From a virus, in IMG/VR virus record IMGVR_UViG_3300032246_001180, positions 96,001 to 160,000 of that record: a stretch of DNA of 64,000 bases. One strand, 5' to 3'. The notes beneath the pieces were generated by a model. The model ran no database searches. It had not been told where the DNA came from and saw only the letters and a program-made list of their open reading frames with translations. The translations under genes and the position numbers were made by a program. Below, one piece after another: positions 26,437 to 35,078 of this stretch (the first letter of the stretch is position 1; each line of letters begins with the position of its first letter).

Positions 26437-27041
26437 ATATTTTTTATCTTGACAATCATCCACAAACGTGTGCAGAAATGCACGTTGATAAACATTGCAT
26501 AAAGATGATACTTGAATATGCTCAATTACTTTCTACCGCACACCGTGTTCTTGACGGCGTTCTTACTGTTGGTCTATCTGAGTCTGGTCGCAAACGGAAG
26601 CAATACGTTCTCTCTGATAGCCGTGAGCAAATGCTTTATTCCGCTACTCATGTTAATCATCCTTCAGCAGTTTGGGTAAGACAAAGTGTTCAAAACTATA
26701 TGTGGTTAGCTGAACTACTTGAATGTCTTTGTGGTGAATACTCTTATCGATATGGTAAAGTACATAAAGTACAACGTGATGGTCTTATGCAACTATTGAA
26801 GAATGAATTCCCTAAGAATCTTCCTATTGCACCGTTCACAGAACCCACACCAGCTATGCCTGATGATGTAAAAGTGGTAGGTGATTCTGTTGCTTCTTAT
26901 CACAATTATTATTTCAAAAACAAGCAACATCTTATTTCTTGGAAAGGTAAGATAAATAGTAGACCAACTCCTCCTTGGTGGAGTGAATTATGTTTGAATG
27001 CCTTATCAGAAGAAAATAGAAAACTTGGATTGGAATATTAA
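26433..27041 (+). CDS. pyrimidine-dimer DNA glycosylase-related protein
   Basis: MNIFYLD...DKH..KMILEYAQLLSTAH, THVNHPSAVW, EY.YRYGK.H. Confidence 0.75.
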   Translation: MNIFYLDNHPQTCAEMHVDKHCIKMILEYAQLLSTAHRVLDGVLTVGLSESGRKRKQYVLSDSREQMLYSATHVNHPSAVWVRQSVQNYMWLAELLECLCGEYSYRYGKVHKVQRDGLMQLLKNEFPKNLPIAPFTEPTPAMPDDVKVVGDSVASYHNYYFKNKQHLISWKGKINSRPTPPWWSELCLNALSEENRKLGLEY

Positions 27042-27322
27042 TGCCCACATATGATTTTATGAATAGTGTTACTAACGAAGTCGAAGAACATCGTATGTCT
27101 TACACCGAATTGGATGACTTTCTAAAAAATAATCCGAATTTATCTCGTCATTTTTCACCCGAAAATCTTCCAATTTTTGGTGATGGTATGCGTATGAATA
27201 CTCCTGGTATGGGTCAACCAGATTCTACTTTTGAAAAATATGTAATTGGTCGTATGAAAGAAACAATTCCAGGTAATACAATCAAAGACGGACACAAAAC
27301 AAAAGGATCAAGAGAATGGTAA
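27041..27322 (+). CDS. FmdB-like small protein of T4-like phages
   Basis: MPTYDF start; position before the exonuclease. Confidence 0.6.
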   Translation: MPTYDFMNSVTNEVEEHRMSYTELDDFLKNNPNLSRHFSPENLPIFGDGMRMNTPGMGQPDSTFEKYVIGRMKETIPGNTIKDGHKTKGSREW

Positions 27323-27477
27323 TTGACAAAGTGCAGATACCTTATCTTCTAACACCAAAGAAACCAACTCACCGTAAAGTTGAGCCTGTAACTCCTATTG
27401 TACCAACACAAAAAGTGCAACGGGAAATTCCTCGTTTGTTTACATATGAACCGAGTAAAAAAAGAAAATGATATATA

Positions 27478-28134
27478 ATGTTCAACTATTGTCCACCAAA
27501 AGAATTACCTGATTTACAATCAGAAACTTTCCCTGACGGAAAAAGATATTACAAATTACTTGATGGTACAAAACTACCTTCTGTAACTACCGTATTGGGT
27601 GCTATGAAAAAAGATGCAATCATGGCATGGCGCCAGCGTGTTGGTGAAGCCACCGCTAATGCAATATCAAAGAAAGCCACGGGTCGTGGTACTAACGTAC
27701 ATACTTTGTGTGAACGATATTTGAACAATGAAGATATGGGCACCATGATGCCTGATGCATTAGAGATGTTCTATTCTCTAAAACCATTTTTGAATAATAT
27801 CAATAATATACACTACCAAGAACAGGCACTTTGGTCTAAACAATTAGGTTTGGCCGGTCGTGTAGACTGTATTGGTGAATATAATGGCGAGTTATCAGTT
27901 ATAGATTTTAAAACTTCCAAAAAAATCAAAACCAAAGTTCAGATTGAAGATTACTTCTGGCAGACCGCAGCGTATGCTTTGATGTATGAGGAGATGATTG
28001 GACTTCCAATCAATAACCTTGTTGTTATTATGGCTGTAGAAAATGAACAACCTTTAGTATTTGAAGAAAAAACGGAAAACCACATTGATGGGTTGGTGAA
28101 AGCAATTCAATTTTATAAGGACCAATACAAATGA
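27478..28134 (+). CDS. PD-(D/E)xK (Cas4/RecB-like) exonuclease
   Basis: PSVTTVL, RGT.VH, AGRVDC, IDFKTS, Q..AYA. Confidence 0.9.
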   Translation: MFNYCPPKELPDLQSETFPDGKRYYKLLDGTKLPSVTTVLGAMKKDAIMAWRQRVGEATANAISKKATGRGTNVHTLCERYLNNEDMGTMMPDALEMFYSLKPFLNNINNIHYQEQALWSKQLGLAGRVDCIGEYNGELSVIDFKTSKKIKTKVQIEDYFWQTAAYALMYEEMIGLPINNLVVIMAVENEQPLVFEEKTENHIDGLVKAIQFYKDQYK

Positions 28135-28766
28135 GTTTACAATTGTTATTTGATTATATTTGGATTAGAAAATTAAATTTAAATGTTAATACGATTAAAC
28201 AATCATGTATCAAAATGGAAAGTTTTATCAATGAGAACTTTCCCGACTATAAACAAAATCCACTTTACGAACAAACAAACAAAGTATTGGAATCAAATTC
28301 ACCTGATACAACAAATGCATATTTTGATTACAATTTAATGTTGTATCCTCAACAAGGATTTCATGAGTTGTTTGTATCAATAAGAGAAACATTCAATTTA
28401 GTCAGAAAAAAAAATAATGTAAAATTTAATCAATTCTATATGCAATGTTGGTTGAATACTTATGATGTAGGTCAAAAATTAGAATGGCATGGCCATTTTC
28501 CACCAGAAGTTAAATCTTGGCATGGGTTTTATTGTGTGAATGTTAAAGATTCTGTAACCTCATACAGAATTCCACCAAATGGTAAATTAGTTAATCTAAA
28601 CTGTAAAGATGATTTACTGGTAATCAGTAAGAGCGATGGAGATACACATTGTACTTCAGATTGGAATTATGAAAACGACAAAAGAATTACAATTGCTTTT
28701 GATATCGTACCAGCTCCATTCATAGCTTCACAGAAGATGTTACTTAATCACTGGATACCATTATAA
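28131..28766 (+). CDS. 2OG-Fe(II) oxygenase-like protein
   Basis: QCWLN, WHGH, HGFYCV, RITIAFD. Confidence 0.7.
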   Translation: MSLQLLFDYIWIRKLNLNVNTIKQSCIKMESFINENFPDYKQNPLYEQTNKVLESNSPDTTNAYFDYNLMLYPQQGFHELFVSIRETFNLVRKKNNVKFNQFYMQCWLNTYDVGQKLEWHGHFPPEVKSWHGFYCVNVKDSVTSYRIPPNGKLVNLNCKDDLLVISKSDGDTHCTSDWNYENDKRITIAFDIVPAPFIASQKMLLNHWIPL

Positions 28767-28769
28767 ATA
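28762..28769 (+). promoter_or_regulatory. T4-type late promoter
   Basis: TATAAATA upstream of the nuclease gene. Confidence 0.7.
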
Positions 28770-28792
28770 TACCCCATACAAAAGGGGTAATA

Positions 28793-29629
28793 ATGAAAAC
28801 TATAAAAACAATCTTTGGTATCACGTTAATTGGTTTATTACTGATTTCGATTAACAATGCGTTTGCATGGACACAAAGACCTAATTTTCCACAAGAGCAA
28901 TGTGCAGTTCACGCACCTTACGGATTTCCACAGGCCGCAGGTTCACCAATCTGCCGTCAAGCATATTATGTTGACTATGATGCAGCTGCAAAGTTGCCAA
29001 AGGTTGTAACATACACTTTAACACCACCAAATGCAATAGGTTGTGTTGCTAGAACTAACGCATTTACAGCAGACCAATCGATTCAGAATGGCGCCAGACC
29101 AGATGACTACGCAGCCACAGGTTACGATAAAGGTCATATGGCACCTGATGGTGATTTAAGTTGGGACCAACAAGTTGAATATGAATCGTTTTTGATGACC
29201 AATATGAGTCCTCAAGCAGGTTCATTGAACAGAGGTATTTGGAAGTTGTTGGAAACATCTGTGCGTGGCTGGGTTGTACAACGCAATCAAGTATATACAA
29301 TTTATGTTGGTGGTGTTTACAACGCAAATGATAAACGAATTGGTACTGGTGTTGTTGTACCAAATGCATTTTATAAAATTGTAATTAATCAATCAACAAA
29401 CGAAGTTGCTGGTTGGTATTTCCCTCATGTGGCACCTTATCCAAATTTAGGTAATGATTTGACAAAGTTTAGAGCAAGTGTTGGACAAATACAACAAGCA
29501 GCAGGTGTACGTTTTGGTTTCCCAGCAACAGCAAGAGAGATAGCAGTTGGTCAAGAATGGCCAGTTGATTATGGTGCATTAACAAACGCTAAGCGTGCTA
29601 AATGTGGTAGTAATGCATCTGCTGATTGA
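28793..29629 (+). CDS. secreted DNA/RNA non-specific endonuclease (NucA/Serratia family)
   Basis: signal peptide; YDKGHMAP, SF.MTNM.PQ, NRGIW..LE, VP..FYK. Confidence 0.92.
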   Translation: MKTIKTIFGITLIGLLLISINNAFAWTQRPNFPQEQCAVHAPYGFPQAAGSPICRQAYYVDYDAAAKLPKVVTYTLTPPNAIGCVARTNAFTADQSIQNGARPDDYAATGYDKGHMAPDGDLSWDQQVEYESFLMTNMSPQAGSLNRGIWKLLETSVRGWVVQRNQVYTIYVGGVYNANDKRIGTGVVVPNAFYKIVINQSTNEVAGWYFPHVAPYPNLGNDLTKFRASVGQIQQAAGVRFGFPATAREIAVGQEWPVDYGALTNAKRAKCGSNASAD

Positions 29630-29654
29630 CTTTTTAGCAAGGAGCATATATAAT
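29626..29654 (+). promoter_or_regulatory. sigma70 promoter upstream of the tmRNA
   Basis: TTGACT-N17-TATAAT. Confidence 0.7.
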
Positions 29655-29784
29655 GAACTTTAAACGTAAAAAAACAAAGAGGTGCGTTCGTTGTACAATG
29701 TGTACACAGCATCGATGGTTAGGTAACAACAAAGGTCGTAAACCTATCCGTGATATGCGAAACGAACAAAAAGAATTGTTGTAA
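29653..29784 (+). CDS. small basic Cys-containing protein (not in ORF track)
   Basis: AAGGAG SD; MNFKRKKTKRCVRCTMCTQHRWLGNNKGR... Confidence 0.55.
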   Translation: MNFKRKKTKRCVRCTMCTQHRWLGNNKGRKPIRDMRNEQKELL

Positions 29785-30068
29785 TCCCTTCTAAGCGAAG
29801 GACTTCTGGACGGGGGTGCGAATCCCCCCAGCTCCACCAATTATCTACTTTTATCCGGAAACAGATAATTATTCGGATTAAATAAAAGTGTATAATTGAT
29901 GGGGCTGCATAGTTTCGACAGGGGTAGATAGTAAAGACGGCAACACGGTAGGCGATGACCGTTAATCAAGCAAAACAAGTAAACGCAAACGATAGCGAAT
30001 ACGCATTAGCAGCTTAAAGGCCGCTTAGGGTTTTTGGCAGTTTATCCTCGTAACAGAATTAAACTGCC
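29785..30068 (+). ncRNA. ssrA: circularly permuted (two-piece) tmRNA; tag ANDSEYALAA; outer ends approximate
   Basis: acceptor piece: T-arm GGGGG-TGCGAAT-CCCCC and CAGCTCC-A-CCA ending 29839; intervening hairpin 29840-29900; coding piece starts GGGGCTG at 29901 (G3.U70); tag frame 29985-30017; inter-piece pairing CTAAGCG/CGCTTAG. Confidence 0.95.
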
Positions 30069-30138
30069 TAAATAAATTTACTAGACAACACACACAATCG
30101 TCTAGTAATACACATAAACACACACAAGGAGTAAAAAT

Positions 30139-30414
30139 ATGAGTATGACACCCTATGAAATTCGCCTAGAACTTTTAAAAATGGCGAAAGATATGCTAAC
30201 TGACGAATACTACGGTAAACGTGAAGTAATCAGCAACGAATGGTCAACCAAGGTAGAAGAATCCAAAATCAACGGAACACCTTCACCATCCCATCCAGGT
30301 TTTCCATCATTCCCCTCGGAAGAAGAAATAATCAAAAAAGCAGAACTGCTTAACGGATTCGTTTCTCAAATTCCACAACAATCCGAAATAAAGACGAAAA
30401 AATCTAATTCGTAA
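30139..30414 (+). CDS. conserved T4-like phage hypothetical protein
   Basis: AAGGAG SD; MTPYEIRLELLKMA...II.KA..LNGFVS. Confidence 0.8.
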   Translation: MSMTPYEIRLELLKMAKDMLTDEYYGKREVISNEWSTKVEESKINGTPSPSHPGFPSFPSEEEIIKKAELLNGFVSQIPQQSEIKTKKSNS

Positions 30415-30471
30415 TTGGGGTACTCCGTACCTGCGATTCGTTGTGGGTACGGTCATCAACAAGGAGAGAAG

Positions 30472-30993
30472 ATGACAAAAACAAAAAATAATCTAGTAGT
30501 AGGTTTACTAACGATAACATTAATTGCATTTAATCTTATCAATCCAATATCGATAAGCTTTGCACAAGATTTTGTACGCAAAGAAGTTATCCAAGAATAC
30601 AATAAAGAAGTTGATTGCTTAGCAGAAAATATTTACTACGAATCTGCAAGCGAATCATTCGAAGGCAAATTGGCTGTAGCACAGGTAACAATTAACCGTG
30701 TTAAGTCGGGTAAATTTGCAGACAACATCTGCGGTGTTGTTAAACAAAAAGATACCATCAATGGTTCTATCGTTTGTCAATTTTCATGGACTTGCCAAGC
30801 GGTTAAACACATAGTACGCAACAAGTATCAATGGGAAGAATGTCAGATTGTTGCCAAAAAAGCACTAACACAATCCGTAGCACACGAATTGCTTTATGAA
30901 CAAGATGCAATGTACTATCATGCGGTGTATGTTAATCCTAAATGGAAATTAAAAAGAGTAACACAAATAGGTAATCATATATTTTATAGATAG
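30472..30993 (+). CDS. SleB/CwlJ-like cell wall hydrolase (Hydrolase_2)
   Basis: CLAENIYYE, AVAQVTINRV, CQFSW, YYHA.YV.P.W, IGNHIFY; N-terminal hydrophobic segment. Confidence 0.9.
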   Translation: MTKTKNNLVVGLLTITLIAFNLINPISISFAQDFVRKEVIQEYNKEVDCLAENIYYESASESFEGKLAVAQVTINRVKSGKFADNICGVVKQKDTINGSIVCQFSWTCQAVKHIVRNKYQWEECQIVAKKALTQSVAHELLYEQDAMYYHAVYVNPKWKLKRVTQIGNHIFYR

Positions 30994-30996
30994 TGC

Positions 30997-31025
30997 TTGA
31001 CTATGATAACTTAATGATGTATAAT
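30997..31025 (+). promoter_or_regulatory. sigma70 promoter
   Basis: TTGACT-N17-TATAAT. Confidence 0.8.
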
Positions 31026-31051
31026 GATGAATTACTGATTGGAATGAGAAT

Positions 31052-31273
31052 ATGCCTACTAAAGATGAGATTAAAGAATTCAGTTCGTTGATTGAAGAAA
31101 TGGCCAAACGATTGCGATGTACCCGTTTAGATGCCATTCTACACCATTGCAAAGAATCTGGATTAGAAGTTGAAGTGGCTTCAAGTTTGATATCGCCTGC
31201 TCTCAAGAGTCGCATCAAAGAAGAAGCACAAGATGCAAATATGTTGAAAAAGAGTTCACGTTTGCCGATATGA
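31052..31273 (+). CDS. gp33: late transcription coactivator gp33
   Basis: F...IE...DAI.H.C....EVE....LIS..LK.RI..EA...NML...LPI; synteny with gp59/gp32. Confidence 0.85.
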   Translation: MPTKDEIKEFSSLIEEMAKRLRCTRLDAILHHCKESGLEVEVASSLISPALKSRIKEEAQDANMLKKSSRLPI

Positions 31274-31890
31274 ATGAGAATACAGGCTTTGCAGCTTACG
31301 CTCTGTGGAATGCCTTGAAGCTGCACTTTACATCCGATTCGTATGATTATTTTAAATACAACGGCAAAACCAATGTATCAAAACAAACGTTTTCCATAAG
31401 AAAAGATAAGTACCAGTTTTATAAACTTAGTCGTAAGTATGGTTTAGAAGAATTGAAAAACTTTTATGTGGCAAACTTTGTATATGGTAAATCTGATTGG
31501 GTAGGTGAACTGTTGCAGGATGGCAACGAACATTATTTAAAGTGGCAAAAAACCATCCAGAGCTTGACTTATACCTTTGAAAATGATATAATATATTTGT
31601 TCGATTTGGTAGATGGTGCGGAGTTTTCAACCCGTGATGATATTTTAAAACCAATTGAAGGTGGTTGGCCAATGATTATTACCAAACTAATGAAAGGTAA
31701 AGTATCATTGGAATCTGTTTGTATTATGGTTGATGTTGTTGGTTGTATGCCTAGATGGGAAAAACAAATTACTGATGATATCATTTGGCCAACGTACCAT
31801 AGATTGATTAAGAAGTATACACCATTTATCGAATATGATAAAGAAAAATATACAAACATTTTGAAAGAAAAGATTAAAGAGTATGGCTGA
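31270..31890 (+). CDS. gp59: helicase loader gp59
   Basis: ALKLHFT..YDYFKYNGK, RKDKY.F.KL, KKY.PF. Confidence 0.9.
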   Translation: MNENTGFAAYALWNALKLHFTSDSYDYFKYNGKTNVSKQTFSIRKDKYQFYKLSRKYGLEELKNFYVANFVYGKSDWVGELLQDGNEHYLKWQKTIQSLTYTFENDIIYLFDLVDGAEFSTRDDILKPIEGGWPMIITKLMKGKVSLESVCIMVDVVGCMPRWEKQITDDIIWPTYHRLIKKYTPFIEYDKEKYTNILKEKIKEYG

Positions 31891-32368
31891 AATCACAACT
31901 ATCTACTTGGACATGGATGGCGTAATTGCTGACTTCAATAAACGGTATAAAGAATTGTTTGATATTGAACCGAGTGAAGCGGACAATTACAAAACATTTG
32001 AAAAATTCTTTTTGCAATTTATTGCACAAGAGCAATTTGCTACACTTGATTTAATGCCTGACGCTTTCAAACTTATTGATTATTTGAAATCTTTGCCAAT
32101 TGAAACTAAGATTCTTTCATCAACTTCATCCGAATCTAAAGATGAAGCGATTCGAGGTCAGAAGTTTAAATGGTTGCAAACACACAACATTACATTTGAA
32201 CCAATTCTTGTTCCAGGAAAAAGATTCAAACGTAAGTATGCCACTCCGTCCTCAATTTTAATTGACGATACTGAATCTAACATCAATCAATGGCATGAGG
32301 ATGGTGGTGTCGCCATACTACATACTAATATTGATGATACGATTAATCGTTTAAAGGCATACCTATGA
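31883..32368 (+). CDS. HAD-family 5'(3')-deoxyribonucleotidase-like protein
   Basis: YLDMDGVIADF, K..W, ILIDD...NI.QW..GG. Confidence 0.85.
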   Translation: MAEITTIYLDMDGVIADFNKRYKELFDIEPSEADNYKTFEKFFLQFIAQEQFATLDLMPDAFKLIDYLKSLPIETKILSSTSSESKDEAIRGQKFKWLQTHNITFEPILVPGKRFKRKYATPSSILIDDTESNINQWHEDGGVAILHTNIDDTINRLKAYL

Positions 32369-32955
32369 TTAAAGATTTTATTGGCGTTTTTGATAATGCA
32401 ATCAAACCTGAAACTTGCAAATATTTCATTAAACATTTTGAAAAAATGAAGTCTACTGGTTTTTCTTATAAAAGAACGGACGATGAACGTTCTATGAATA
32501 TGAAAAATGATGAGGCCATTAATCTTTACGATAATGAAAGTTTAAATATGCAATTGTGGGGTGTGGGTGGAAAAAATCCACACACCAATGATTTGATGCA
32601 AAGTTTTTGGAGTAAATACACCGAATATGCGGAAGAATATCCTTCTGTAAAACAACATGGTGAAATAGATATCTTAAATATTAAGATACAAAAAACTCTA
32701 CCCACTCAAGGTTATCATATATGGCATTTTGAAACTTCAGGACCAAGAAGTATGAATAGAATTATGGCATGGATGATTTACTTGAATGATGTGGAAGATG
32801 GTGGAGAAACCGAATTTCTGTATCAAAGTATGCGTATCAAGCCAAAACAGGGAACTTTGGTTCTATGGCCTGCACACTTTACACATATGCACCGTGGCAA
32901 TCCTCCGCTAAGCGGAGAAAAATATATTATGACCAGTTGGTTAGAATTTATTTAA
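32365..32955 (+). CDS. 2OG-Fe(II) oxygenase (prolyl-4-hydroxylase-like)
   Basis: GYHIWH.E, YLNDVE.GGETEF, WPA.FTH.HRGNPP, KYI.T.W. Confidence 0.9.
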   Translation: MIKDFIGVFDNAIKPETCKYFIKHFEKMKSTGFSYKRTDDERSMNMKNDEAINLYDNESLNMQLWGVGGKNPHTNDLMQSFWSKYTEYAEEYPSVKQHGEIDILNIKIQKTLPTQGYHIWHFETSGPRSMNRIMAWMIYLNDVEDGGETEFLYQSMRIKPKQGTLVLWPAHFTHMHRGNPPLSGEKYIMTSWLEFI

Positions 32956-33065
32956 TGGTAAATATGTTGTATGTGATTGACAAACGCCTAAATAATATGA
33001 TATAATGTATAAAGTGAAATACTCCGTTCACACACCGTTAATACTCCGTTTATAAAGGAAATACT

Positions 33066-33953
33066 ATGAGTTCATTTGCAAACCTCAAACGCCAATCTGG
33101 CAATCTCGATAAGCTTTCTAAAGCAATCGAAGCTCTCAACACTAGCGAGAGCGGTTCAGAAAAACAGGATAACTTCTGGCGACCAGAAGTAGACAAAGCT
33201 GGCAACGGCATGGCTACAATCCGTTTTCTCCCCGCACCCTCAGTTGATGGTGATGACGCACTACCTTGGGCAAAAGTCTTCTCTCACGGGTTCCAAGGAC
33301 CTGGTGGTTGGTTAATCGATAACTGTTTGACTACCAAAAATCAACAATGTCCTGTCTGCGAACATAATTCTGCTTTGTGGAATTCTGGCATCGAAGCCAA
33401 TAAAGATGTTGTTCGTAAACAAAAGCGTAAGCTGAATTATATCGCTAACGTCTACATTGTTTCGGATCCAAAACACCCCGAAAATGAAGGCAAAATCAAA
33501 CTCTTTAAGTTTGGTAAGAAAATCTTTGACAAGATTACTGAAGCCATGAACCCACAATTTGAAGATGAAACTGCAATCAATCCGTTTGATTTGTGGAAAG
33601 GTGCTAACTTCAAGTTGAAGATTCGTAAAGTTGAAGGCTATCAGAATTATGATAAATCCGAATTTGATTCTCCTTCTGCTCTATTGTCTGATGATGATGA
33701 GTTGGAGAAAATCTGGAAGAATGAATTCTCATTGGCAGAAATGACTGCTGAAAAAGAATTCAAATCGTATGACGCTTTGAAACAGCGCCTAGATAAAGTT
33801 CTTGGTTTGAATGGTGAAGCACCACGCACAACTGTTGAACAAACAAAGGCAAAGAACTTTGATGCACCTAAGAAAGCAACCGCTGAACCGGTTCTTGCTG
33901 ATGGTGATGAAGATGATTTGTCATACTTCTCAAAACTTGCTGAAGAAGAATAA
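33066..33953 (+). CDS. gp32: single-stranded DNA-binding protein gp32
   Basis: DKAGNG.A.IRFLP, HGFQGPGGW, CLTT..CPVC, FGKKIFDKI, acidic tail. Confidence 0.97.
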   Translation: MSSFANLKRQSGNLDKLSKAIEALNTSESGSEKQDNFWRPEVDKAGNGMATIRFLPAPSVDGDDALPWAKVFSHGFQGPGGWLIDNCLTTKNQQCPVCEHNSALWNSGIEANKDVVRKQKRKLNYIANVYIVSDPKHPENEGKIKLFKFGKKIFDKITEAMNPQFEDETAINPFDLWKGANFKLKIRKVEGYQNYDKSEFDSPSALLSDDDELEKIWKNEFSLAEMTAEKEFKSYDALKQRLDKVLGLNGEAPRTTVEQTKAKNFDAPKKATAEPVLADGDEDDLSYFSKLAEEE

Positions 33954-33973
33954 TCACTTCTTCAACATGGTCT

Positions 33974-34002
33974 CCACTCCCGTAAAACGGAGTGGTTTTT
34001 TT
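33974..34002 (+). terminator. rho-independent terminator
   Basis: CCACTCC...GGAGTGG followed by a T run. Confidence 0.8.
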
Positions 34003-34025
34003 ATGTTTGAAAATGGAGTGAAAAT

Positions 34026-35069
34026 ATGGAAATATTGAAACTTACAGATGGCCTCGGCTATCTATGGATGGTTTTCTTCATAATGATTTCTGCTGGACTA
34101 GCAAAAGAATATAACCTTTTTGCCCCAGCGTACTCTTATGTCAAGAACACTTTCCGGTCAAACAAATTTGTTATTGTTCTTTTATCTGCTATTGGTGGTA
34201 TTCTGCCAATTGAGGGTCGAGTAACAGTATCGGCAGGTTTGTTAGACACCGTTGCGCCAAAGGATGGCCAAGGTCGTGAAAAGATGGGTATTGTTGATTA
34301 TCTATCAACGCATCACTATTATATGTGGTCGCCACTAGAAAAGACAGTTGTTCTTCCTATCGCAGCTTTTGGTCTTACATACACAGCATTCATGGGAATG
34401 ATTGCACCATTACTGGTCGTTAGTCTTGGTTTTATTTCTTGGTATATTTGGCGAGAAGTAAAAGATGAAGATATCGTGGTTTCAAACCTAGATAATTTCA
34501 AACTAAGTTCAGTAATTCGTAATGTATTTCCAATGTTCGTTGCAATCGGCACTTACATTTATGTTGGTGGTGCAGATAACGTATTCACAATTTTTGGTTT
34601 GTTAGCTCTTTATTATGTGTTCATTACACAACAATGGAACTATAGAAAGCTTTCTAAATATATTAATTGGGAAGTTTTGGTTACTGTAGGTGTGGTTATC
34701 ATTCTAGGTAATCTGGCAAAATCCTATAACAACGAATATGTGTCATACATTAAAGGTGTGGGTTTCGATCCACACACTTTGATTGGAATGACTCTCATAA
34801 GCGTTGTCGGATTTGTGGTTAGTTTTTTGATGGGTAGTTCAGGTAAGTTTATTGCAATTGCAGTATTGATGGCACAAGTATTTGGCCTAGAATATTTTAT
34901 GTGGTTTTTTGCAGTAGATTATGCTGGTTACTTGTTGAGTCCTACTCACAAATGTGTTATGGTTGGAAACCGATATTTCGGCACACCACTCAAAACATAT
35001 TACAAGGCACTAGGTAGTTGGGCATTATTATTGCTTCTTACTGCCGGCGCATTTACTTTTTTAATTTAA
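34026..35069 (+). CDS. polytopic membrane protein, ion-transporter (citrate transporter/DUF401-like) superfamily
   Basis: about 10 hydrophobic segments; GGILPIEGR, SPLE, GSS, LSPTHKC. Confidence 0.7.
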   Translation: MEILKLTDGLGYLWMVFFIMISAGLAKEYNLFAPAYSYVKNTFRSNKFVIVLLSAIGGILPIEGRVTVSAGLLDTVAPKDGQGREKMGIVDYLSTHHYYMWSPLEKTVVLPIAAFGLTYTAFMGMIAPLLVVSLGFISWYIWREVKDEDIVVSNLDNFKLSSVIRNVFPMFVAIGTYIYVGGADNVFTIFGLLALYYVFITQQWNYRKLSKYINWEVLVTVGVVIILGNLAKSYNNEYVSYIKGVGFDPHTLIGMTLISVVGFVVSFLMGSSGKFIAIAVLMAQVFGLEYFMWFFAVDYAGYLLSPTHKCVMVGNRYFGTPLKTYYKALGSWALLLLLTAGAFTFLI

Positions 35070-35078
35070 GGGAATATA

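Noticed and set aside
27478-28134. Cas4 / CRISPR system
   Set aside because: Ordinary T4-like PD-(D/E)xK exonuclease; no array or other cas genes.
29800-29839. tRNA-Ala gene or attP fragment
   Set aside because: No anticodon arm; the 5' half and tag frame lie downstream, so it is part of the permuted tmRNA. No integrase in the window.
29634-29840. minus-strand ORF MVELGGFAPPS...
   Set aside because: Antisense shadow of the tmRNA T-arm and acceptor end.
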